From the IMG/VR virus record IMGVR_UViG_3300050150_000011, positions 1-30,097 of that record: DNA of 30,097 nucleotides. One strand, given 5' to 3'. A program made the translations under genes and the position numbers. Of the stretch, positions 19,160 to 26,178 are shown in pieces. Origin of the DNA: a virus. Taxonomy: Duplodnaviria; Caudoviricetes. Position 1 is the first letter of the stretch, and each line of letters begins with the position of its first letter. A model generated the notes under the pieces. That model did not search any database and was not told the DNA's origin. It was given only the letters and a program-made list of their open reading frames with translations.

Positions 19160-20893
19160 TTAAGGAGCGCTCCAAGACATCTCATTAGCATCTGCCCATC
19201 CAATCAACGTTTCGTCTGCCCACTGAGTAGCAGTAGCTATAACCGTATAAGTTACTCCCGTTCCATTGCCCCAAGACATTAGTGTGTCGTCTGACCATTT
19301 TATTTCAGCTACAGCTGATGTTCTAGAAGACAATTGAATGTCTATAGAAGATCCTATAGACAGCCCTGTTCTATATCCTAAAACGAAATCTGTTATGAAA
19401 TTTGAAGGAGATATTTTAATGGAGTTCGTAGATATTTTTTCGATTTCTCCGAACACCTTGGTTCCCAGAGGATGTATAATATTCTTAATTGCTCCTATCC
19501 ACTCAGTTATAGGCTTGGATACTTTAATAACATAAGAAAAATCTTGATAGAAATAATTATCCTGCAATTTTTTATTAGAAGATAAATGACCGTCTTCGTT
19601 TATCCAGTAGCCAGGGTATTCACTAGTTGAACCGTATCCCAGAGCTGCTGCTGCATTACCGTCGCCTTCTGAAGTGAAGTCTATATGGATTCCTGTATCT
19701 GTAGATTTCCTTACAGGGAAGGTCTCTATTTTAATCTTTTTGATTCCTCCACCGCCACCAACGGCTGTCAATACAGCTCCAGATCCAGTTGTCGATATTA
19801 CAGAAGCTTTGGGAGTTTCGTATTGATCTCCTTGGTCTAACATGACAATGCTAGTGATCGATCCTCCGCCGTCTACAGTTTGGACTATACCAAAAGCTCC
19901 TGATCCCGAAGAGTTTGAAGAATCTTTCACGGATACTAAGTCGCCTTCTCCTAAGAATTCTACTGAATCTATAGCAAAGTTAATAGGTTTATTGGAAAAA
20001 TTGTATCCTACAGAACTGTAAATAGGGGTATTATTGAGAACCATGGAATTCCAAGTATAGTTTATAGGGAGATATTTAAACTCGTCTACAATTTTAATAT
20101 TTCCATTATATCCAAGCCCTCCCTCATCTACATTGATAGCAGAGACTTTGCCTCTGCTTGTATGAGATATCTTAGCCACACCAATAACGTTGTTCGAAGG
20201 ATCCTTGATATCTAAAAGATCTCCTATAGTATATCCAGATCCTGCTGTTGTTATGTTAGCTGAATTATAACAATCTAATAGTTTGTATTGAGCAGAATCA
20301 ATCTGAACATATTCGCCGCTAATAAAGGATCCTTCTAGAATGTTGACTTCTATCTCAGCAACTAACACACCTCTATCACTATACACTATAATAGACTCGA
20401 TCCCTGCATTAGCTTTAGATGTTACTCCTGTAACATACTTACCATCTTTACCTTCAACATCGGAGGAGTTCGTTAATTGGACTTTAATAACAGTCCTTTT
20501 AATCCATTTACCATCAGAAGCTCTTAAAATATCATCCCCAGGGAAATAAAATGATATATCTTCATTGTACAAAACTCTAAACAAAAATCTATAGGAATTT
20601 TGATTGCCTTTGTTGACGTAAAATTGTTTAATAGTATTAATCAACAATCTCTTATCTGCTAAGATTGCAGACGGAAATTTATTCAAATACTCAGTCTCAA
20701 AATGCTCAGTGAAACTATCTAAAGTTGTATCGATGTTTCTATACTGTTTTAAATTTTTAATAACGTCTATTGGATAATTTTGTTGTTCTAGATATTCATA
20801 GTAAGCTTTCATGAACAACTCAAACATAGGATATTCACTCTGAATGTATTGAGGGAGAGATCTATCCAGTATAGTTTTTGATATATTTGGCAT
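19160..20893 (-). CDS. gp7: Baseplate wedge initiator (compact gp7-like)
   Basis: LPQYIQSEYPMF..FMKAYYEYLE, FY..KG...SYRFLFRVLY, ILRASDGKW and LQDNYFYQDFSYVIK...IHPLG.KVFGE; lies between gp6 and gp8. Confidence 0.82.
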   Translation of the reverse strand: MPNISKTILDRSLPQYIQSEYPMFELFMKAYYEYLEQQNYPIDVIKNLKQYRNIDTTLDSFTEHFETEYLNKFPSAILADKRLLINTIKQFYVNKGNQNSYRFLFRVLYNEDISFYFPGDDILRASDGKWIKRTVIKVQLTNSSDVEGKDGKYVTGVTSKANAGIESIIVYSDRGVLVAEIEVNILEGSFISGEYVQIDSAQYKLLDCYNSANITTAGSGYTIGDLLDIKDPSNNVIGVAKISHTSRGKVSAINVDEGGLGYNGNIKIVDEFKYLPINYTWNSMVLNNTPIYSSVGYNFSNKPINFAIDSVEFLGEGDLVSVKDSSNSSGSGAFGIVQTVDGGGSITSIVMLDQGDQYETPKASVISTTGSGAVLTAVGGGGGIKKIKIETFPVRKSTDTGIHIDFTSEGDGNAAAALGYGSTSEYPGYWINEDGHLSSNKKLQDNYFYQDFSYVIKVSKPITEWIGAIKNIIHPLGTKVFGEIEKISTNSIKISPSNFITDFVLGYRTGLSIGSSIDIQLSSRTSAVAEIKWSDDTLMSWGNGTGVTYTVIATATQWADETLIGWADANEMSWSAP

Positions 20894-22656
20894 TATCTGG
20901 TGTTATCCGGAAGGAGAGTTATTGAAATTTGATTCTCTACTAATCTTATTAACTGATTTCTTTTGTTTGTATAGATGTTGTAGTCTGAAAACACAGTATC
21001 ATTGTCTATAAAAGAACCTTGGTTGACTGTAACAGATAATTCCGTACCTCCTCCAACAATAGAATCTATAGCTATATTAGAAATAACAATGGATCCTGTC
21101 GTGTAGTTGACTGTCCCTATAACTATACTGGATGTCGCATTGTATAATATAACATTTCCACTAGTGTATGGATACGCACCTTGCGGAGAATCTTTTAAGC
21201 TATACGTAACCCCTCCAACAACGAAACTATTGCTTCTTATAGTGTTAGGGGCTATATAGTTGTTAAAATTGTACGAGTATTCTCCAGAAATTCCAAAGTA
21301 TACTTTATTGTATTTGGTAAGTGTAAAGTTTAAGATTGAATTAAGGATCAAGTCACTAGTATTTGTAATCTTATTTAATAGAGATGAATGGTATATAGTT
21401 TCTCCAAACTTGTTGCCGTATGACCCAAAGAAGGAAACTATACTAGCTTTGATCTGATCACTAAGAGTTGTTGATGCTAGAGGATTATATCTCTTGCCGC
21501 TATAGGTAACTGTGCAATCAACTCCAACGTCGGTAAAATCTCCATCTACAATTTCAGTGCGAGATGTTAATATGCCATAATTATCTTTAATCATGTTTTT
21601 AATCTTCTCTTTATAGAGAGATGATATATATCTTCCTCCAAAAGGCTTTAACGATATGAAAACTTTATTGTAGTACGGAGGAATATTCTCCTCCCCTCCC
21701 CAAACGTTAACATCCTCTATTCCTGATACATTCGATTTAATGAGAGAAATGTAGTCTGGCTTAGTTATGGACCTATTTTGTTTTTGATACGCTAGAGGAG
21801 CGTTAAACTTGATAGAATCGATAGATTCTCTAGCGGATCCTCCCATAGCAGGATTAGATGTTGTCATACTGAGGCTTGTTACTAGAGATAATGTTGATCC
21901 TAATGTGAATTTATTAAGATAGTTAGCATCCTCTCCATCTGTAATAAGATAGGTGATATATATAACATCTCCGTTAATTACACTCTTGCCTAAAATACCA
22001 TCTCCAAAATATATTTCATAGTATCCATCTATATTTTCAAATATATAAAATACTTTAGAATTTCTGTCCAAAGATCCTATACTATAATTTTTAAAGTTTT
22101 CGTATATTGTCCCGTTTACGGATACGGACAAATAATCAATGTCAACTTCCGTAGAAGGAATAATATACTTTTGGAGAACGTTAGATGTATCTACAGTATA
22201 AGAATATGTTGATAGTTTGCCCTGAACGAGTTCTAGTGTTGTGGAAAATGTATTGGACACTTTATTAACAATTGTGTCTGAAACCGTTGTAAAAGAATAT
22301 GTTTTAGAATCTCCTTTGGCTAAAAATATCGTATTCTTCGGAATAACGTATTGTAGAGGATTCCCTGCGACAGAGAATGTCACTGATACACTTGCTATGG
22401 CAGCACTAGATGATGAAGGAATATATCCTAGCTCCTTAGCACGAGATACTACAGAAGATCGTTGATTAGCACTGTCAAGAAAAGTCTCGGAAAATGATAA
22501 ATTAGACTGTAAAGCTAAGTTCTGTTGGTTATAAGCAAGAATATCCATCAGAGTGGATATTGCAGATCCTTCAAAGTTATAATCTGTAAATTCCGTAAGA
22601 TCTTTAAAATGATCAACTATGTCTTGTTTTATTTTTGTATAATCTGTCTCAGACAT
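20893..22656 (-). CDS. gp6: Baseplate wedge protein
   Basis: FTDYNFEGSAISTLMDILAYN, ETFLDSA..RSSVVSRAKELGYIP, YEIYFGDGILGK, ESIDSIKFNAP...QNR, VWGGEE. Confidence 0.93.
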   Translation of the reverse strand: MSETDYTKIKQDIVDHFKDLTEFTDYNFEGSAISTLMDILAYNQQNLALQSNLSFSETFLDSANQRSSVVSRAKELGYIPSSSSAAIASVSVTFSVAGNPLQYVIPKNTIFLAKGDSKTYSFTTVSDTIVNKVSNTFSTTLELVQGKLSTYSYTVDTSNVLQKYIIPSTEVDIDYLSVSVNGTIYENFKNYSIGSLDRNSKVFYIFENIDGYYEIYFGDGILGKSVINGDVIYITYLITDGEDANYLNKFTLGSTLSLVTSLSMTTSNPAMGGSARESIDSIKFNAPLAYQKQNRSITKPDYISLIKSNVSGIEDVNVWGGEENIPPYYNKVFISLKPFGGRYISSLYKEKIKNMIKDNYGILTSRTEIVDGDFTDVGVDCTVTYSGKRYNPLASTTLSDQIKASIVSFFGSYGNKFGETIYHSSLLNKITNTSDLILNSILNFTLTKYNKVYFGISGEYSYNFNNYIAPNTIRSNSFVVGGVTYSLKDSPQGAYPYTSGNVILYNATSSIVIGTVNYTTGSIVISNIAIDSIVGGGTELSVTVNQGSFIDNDTVFSDYNIYTNKRNQLIRLVENQISITLLPDNTR

Positions 22657-23069
22657 TATCTTATCCTACTTAATACTACGTTTAAACTTTGAGGGGTAGC
22701 TTGATTCTTTATAGAATATGCTATCGTTATTGATACTGAATTATCATCTACTCCAGAAGATACAGACACTCTCGAAATATCTATTCTAGGTTCGTAATAC
22801 AATAAACTCTCGAATAATCTGTTTTCAATCTCTATCTTCGTAATTTGATCTAAAGGTTCAAACAACATAGAGTGTATTCCTGCTCCAAAATTAGGATCGA
22901 ACGGTCTATCTCCATATAAAGTAAAAATAATATTTTTTATAGATTGTTTTATAGAATTATTATCAGTAACAGTTCTTAGATCTCCAGTTGAAGGATTATA
23001 CTTAAAAGATATATCAAAATCTTTATAAGTTGTTGTTCCCTTAGAGAACATTGGAGTTTTATATGTCAT
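22656..23069 (-). CDS. gp25: Baseplate wedge subunit (GPW/gp25 family)
   Basis: YKDFDISF..NP.TGDL, SIKQSIKNIIFT..GDRPFDPNFG, LFEP and YEPRI motifs. Confidence 0.93.
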   Translation of the reverse strand: MTYKTPMFSKGTTTYKDFDISFKYNPSTGDLRTVTDNNSIKQSIKNIIFTLYGDRPFDPNFGAGIHSMLFEPLDQITKIEIENRLFESLLYYEPRIDISRVSVSSGVDDNSVSITIAYSIKNQATPQSLNVVLSRIR

Positions 23070-23158
23070 AAAATCAACTGTTGCCTGTTTATACTTTTTA
23101 TATTATAATCATTAAGTATTTAATGAAATGGTATGTATATTCTATAGATTCTTTAATA

Positions 23159-23165
23159 TATTTAT
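23159..23165 (-). promoter_or_regulatory. Probable late promoter (ATAAATA core) for the baseplate operon
   Basis: TATTTAT on + strand in the 150-bp gap upstream of gp25; the region is very AT-rich, so a chance match is possible. Confidence 0.5.
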
Positions 23166-23201
23166 TAAGATCTTCTTGGGAAAGAAAATAAAGAATGAAA
23201 T

Positions 23202-23218
23202 GTTGATCTTCGACCAAC
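23202..23218 (-). terminator. Possible weak intrinsic terminator
   Basis: Minus-strand GUUGGUC-GAA-GAUCAAC hairpin (one G-U pair) just after the stop of 23222..23683, followed by a U-rich tract. Confidence 0.35.
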
Positions 23219-23221
23219 TCT

Positions 23222-23683
23222 CTAAAAGATTCCTTTAGTTCTTTTATCCTTATATTCAATAAAAGACACTATATTAGTTTTAATTGATTTTTTTGAAATT
23301 TTAGATTTTTTAGGTTCATCTAGGTCGATTTGGACATCTAAAGGAAAATAATGATCAAATAAGGTTAGAGCATATCTTTCTATAGTTTCTCCGTCGACTT
23401 TATACATAGTAATAATTAGAGATCTATTAAACTCTATCATTGGATTCTCTATGCTGGGATCAAATAATACCAGTATCTCGCTCCCCATTAACAATCCATC
23501 GTCTATAAAATGATCCTTTAGGATTCTCAAAGGATTGACTGCTGTGATCTTTTTAGATTTTCCGTTGAACGGCAAGACTTCCGTTACAATATCCGTCCCG
23601 TCTGATAACAATATCCTATAGACTTTACTGTCATCTATTCCTAGAGATTCTATTAACTCTTGATATTCTTCAAAATTTTCCAT
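23222..23683 (-). CDS. Hypothetical protein (possible Sm-like beta domain)
   Basis: 153-aa ORF with GGGAG SD; N-terminal RILLSDGTDIV...NPLRI pattern recalls small conserved T4-like proteins. Confidence 0.7.
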   Translation of the reverse strand: MENFEEYQELIESLGIDDSKVYRILLSDGTDIVTEVLPFNGKSKKITAVNPLRILKDHFIDDGLLMGSEILVLFDPSIENPMIEFNRSLIITMYKVDGETIERYALTLFDHYFPLDVQIDLDEPKKSKISKKSIKTNIVSFIEYKDKRTKGIF

Positions 23684-23690
23684 ATAAAAA

Positions 23691-23723
23691 ATCTCCCTAT
23701 AATACTATTTATTATAGGGAGAT
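23691..23723 (-). promoter_or_regulatory. 14-bp perfect hairpin containing late promoter AATAAATA (23706-23713) and the SD of the downstream gene
   Basis: Minus strand ATCTCCCTATAATA-AATAG-TATTATAGGGAGAT-TTTTTAT-ATG. Confidence 0.8.
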
Positions 23724-23746
23724 GAGAGTTTTAGGAGAAAAACTTG

Positions 23747-24160
23747 TTACTTGGAGGTCATTTTATCGTATAAAGCAGTAGCAACTTCGGTCGCTAGAAC
23801 TGCTTTAAGTTCGCCTTCTACTTTAGAAGAGTATTCATCAGCTTTAGCTAGAATATCGTTAGAAACATCTTGTTTAGCTTTAATATACTGTTGCTCGATT
23901 TCTTCTAAAAAAACATCTTTATAAGACTGTAAAGCTTCTTTCATCTGATTCTCTACAATTTTTCCAATAACATTCTTGATAACATTATTAGAATCTTCGT
24001 GATTTATCATATTTTCAACAACGGTCACTAATCTAGAGGATATCTGTTGCTTAACCTCTTTATCTTTTAAAAGAGCATCAACAAGATATTCCTTATCGGA
24101 ATTATCCATTGCCAGCAATTCTTGTAGTTTCTGTAAGATTTCTCTTTTATCGTCAGCCAT
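23747..24160 (-). CDS. Hypothetical helical / coiled-coil protein
   Basis: 137-aa E/K/Q-rich ORF with GAGGA SD; no recognised motif. Confidence 0.7.
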   Translation of the reverse strand: MADDKREILQKLQELLAMDNSDKEYLVDALLKDKEVKQQISSRLVTVVENMINHEDSNNVIKNVIGKIVENQMKEALQSYKDVFLEEIEQQYIKAKQDVSNDILAKADEYSSKVEGELKAVLATEVATALYDKMTSK

Positions 24161-24168
24161 AATGTTAA

Positions 24169-24387
24169 TTAATCCTCAATATCATTTATAGGTTTAGGTA
24201 TAATTCCGTGAGATTGTATTATATTGCGTTCTGTTAAATTGTCAACTTCTACGATCTCAAATCCCCAGAAATTTTTATAACTTTCTTTCGTGGATTCAAG
24301 ATTTGTTTCGAACACAGGACAATCTGCTAGATTATTCATAAGAAACAATCCTTTTAATTCTCCTGTAGGTATTCTTAAACAAAACAT
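24169..24387 (-). CDS. Hypothetical protein
   Basis: 72-aa ORF with AGAGG SD and an upstream sigma70-like promoter. Confidence 0.65.
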   Translation of the reverse strand: MFCLRIPTGELKGLFLMNNLADCPVFETNLESTKESYKNFWGFEIVEVDNLTERNIIQSHGIIPKPINDIED

Positions 24388-24401
24388 TTTATTAACCTCT
24401 T

Positions 24402-24409
24402 TATAAATA
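24402..24409 (+). promoter_or_regulatory. T4-type late promoter (TATAAATA) for the endolysin
   Basis: Exact TATAAATA about 40 nt upstream of the ATG at 24448. Confidence 0.75.
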
Positions 24410-24411
24410 CG

Positions 24412-24439
24412 ATTATATAATAAACTCTAGGGAAATCAA
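24412..24439 (-). promoter_or_regulatory. Sigma70-like (early) promoter TTGATT-N16-TATAAT
   Basis: -35 at 24439-24434 and -10 at 24417-24412 on the minus strand, upstream of 24169..24387. Confidence 0.55.
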
Positions 24440-24447
24440 CATATAAA

Positions 24448-24990
24448 ATGACAAAAGACGAAAAAATATCCAAAATTATAGAACACACTATAAAACATTT
24501 TGAAGGCGGGTACGTCAACAACAAGAATGATAAAGGAGGTGCTACAAACTTCGGGATCACTAGGAAAACGTACGAAACGTATTTTAACAAGACTGTTACT
24601 AATGAAGATATAAAAAATATGAAGATCTCTGAAGCAATAGAGATTTATAGGAAGAATTATTTTGATAGCTATGAAATAGATACTAGATTCCCAGAAGAAC
24701 TTTGGCATTTTATGTTTGACTGTTACGTCCAACACAATCCTATATCCGTAAGAAAAATAGTTCAAAGAGCATTGAACGACTGTGGAGAAAAACTTGTTGT
24801 TGATGGGGTTTTAGGGAAACAGACTTATTCCAAACTCCCTTGCTATTCTACTGAAATTGTTCTACAATATATGATTAAGTGGCGTATATGGTTATATGAT
24901 CAGATCATGAAAAACGACTCTTCTCAACTGATATTTAAAGACGGTTGGATGAATAGAGTCAATTGGTTTAAAGGTAATAGATTATGGTAA
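24448..24990 (+). CDS. Endolysin, glycosyl hydrolase family 108 with C-terminal peptidoglycan-binding region
   Basis: EGGYVNNKNDKGGATNFGIT, AIEIYRKNYF, VDGVLGKQT and FKDGWMNRV motifs. Confidence 0.92.
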   Translation: MTKDEKISKIIEHTIKHFEGGYVNNKNDKGGATNFGITRKTYETYFNKTVTNEDIKNMKISEAIEIYRKNYFDSYEIDTRFPEELWHFMFDCYVQHNPISVRKIVQRALNDCGEKLVVDGVLGKQTYSKLPCYSTEIVLQYMIKWRIWLYDQIMKNDSSQLIFKDGWMNRVNWFKGNRLW

Positions 24991-25715
24991 TTTTTGATAA
25001 GCTTGAAGATGTTTGGAACTATATTCAAGATAAAACCTTCGATAAGTTGGCTGAGATGGCTAAAGTTAAGTATGTAGAGGTTAAAGGTGTAGATTTCGAG
25101 GAAACTTCTTACGGAAAAACCTATGATGCCACGGCTTTACGCGATTTGTGGGATAAAACTGCAAAATTCGACGAGCAAGCTAAAAAGGATCATCCTATTC
25201 TATTCTTCCTTATGAGAACTTATCCAGATTTTATTGGAGATATTGTTTATATCCCAGGAAAAGTTTATAGGATTTGTAGAAAATATTTTAGACATTTCTT
25301 TGTTAAAAAGTATAATATAGTTAAAACTGATCTTCCTGTAGGATATTGGGATACTGATACAAGGATGCTATATGCTATTAAAACTCTTTGTATGGATTTT
25401 GTAGAAGTTGAGTGTGATCATATGTATAGGATGTGTTTTGATGTTGATAAACGTTCCAAAGACAACTTAGGATTAGCTTATATAGACGAACAGATTAAAG
25501 ACAGTTTAGATTATCCAGAACGCGTTGAAGCATATCATAATATTAAATTAGCTTATAGTTGGTTTAAAACTGATAGAAAAAAGCTCGAAGATTTGATTGA
25601 TACATATCCTCAAATATCTATACAGGAATGCACCAATTTAGAAACCCAACTATACAATCTGGACACTCTTCATATTACAAACTTAGTTAAATCTAGAGGA
25701 TATCTCTGGACGTAG
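24984..25715 (+). CDS. Conserved phage hypothetical protein
   Basis: 243-aa ORF overlapping the endolysin stop; GYWDTDTRML...DFVEVE and terminal RGYLWT; function not recognised. Confidence 0.75.
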   Translation: MVIFDKLEDVWNYIQDKTFDKLAEMAKVKYVEVKGVDFEETSYGKTYDATALRDLWDKTAKFDEQAKKDHPILFFLMRTYPDFIGDIVYIPGKVYRICRKYFRHFFVKKYNIVKTDLPVGYWDTDTRMLYAIKTLCMDFVEVECDHMYRMCFDVDKRSKDNLGLAYIDEQIKDSLDYPERVEAYHNIKLAYSWFKTDRKKLEDLIDTYPQISIQECTNLETQLYNLDTLHITNLVKSRGYLWT

Positions 25716-25735
25716 TATAGCCCTCTTCTCTATCG

Positions 25736-25759
25736 TATAAATACATATATTAATAAATA
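25736..25759 (+). promoter_or_regulatory. Tandem late promoters (TATAAATA 25736-25743; AATAAATA 25752-25759)
   Basis: Seen in the intergenic gap upstream of the GAGG SD and ATG at 25786. Confidence 0.75.
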
Positions 25760-25785
25760 TATGATATCGAAGAGGTTCACTACAC

Positions 25786-26055
25786 ATGTCTAAAGGTTAT
25801 AACTATAACAGACAATCGGAATATGATGCATATGCACCTATCCGCAAAGCTTTTGACGTCTCTCCTAGCACATCTGACCTAACTATCCCTACACGAGCCA
25901 TTATGGTTTCCGCTGAGTGTACTGTTTCTGGGATAATGATAGGGGACACCTCATCTCACACAACCAATACTCTATTTCCCGGAATGTTATATCCGTTTGC
26001 GTTCTCCAGAATCACTGCAGTTAGTGGTTCAGCAACGGTTAAAGGATATGCATAA
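25786..26055 (+). CDS. Head spike base protein, RcGTA Rcc01079-like
   Basis: 89 aa with AP...AFDVSPS.SDL..PTRAIMV....V.......T...L.PG.LYP....RI......AT, matching from memory the Rcc01079 spike base family; late promoter upstream. Confidence 0.7.
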   Translation: MSKGYNYNRQSEYDAYAPIRKAFDVSPSTSDLTIPTRAIMVSAECTVSGIMIGDTSSHTTNTLFPGMLYPFAFSRITAVSGSATVKGYA

Positions 26056-26177
26056 TGCTTTGGGTTGGGATTGGTTTAGGATTTTCAACAAACATCATAA
26101 CAACTAATGCTTTGGTATCTTCTGATAGCCATTTTTTATATTCGTCTGACGGACACTTACTTTTAGGAGCACTCTAA
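26055..26177 (+). CDS. 40-aa microprotein, putative head-fibre anchor / adaptor (below the ORF-track cut-off)
   Basis: MLWVGIGLGFSTNIITTNALVSSDSHFLYSSDGHLLLGAL*. Starts in a TAATG overlap with the upstream stop, AAGGA SD at 26042-26046, and fills the gap to 1 nt before the next ATG. Confidence 0.8.
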   Translation: MLWVGIGLGFSTNIITTNALVSSDSHFLYSSDGHLLLGAL

Positions 26178-26178
26178 T

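Noticed and set aside
1084-22465. Numerous 60-150 aa plus-strand ORFs (e.g. 8877..9263, 13980..14423, 17718..17993)
   Set aside because: They lie antisense to well-supported structural genes and show no motifs; typical shadow ORFs.
24375-24765. Minus-strand ORFs 24375..24590 and 24436..24765
   Set aside because: Antisense to the GH108 endolysin, which has clear motifs.
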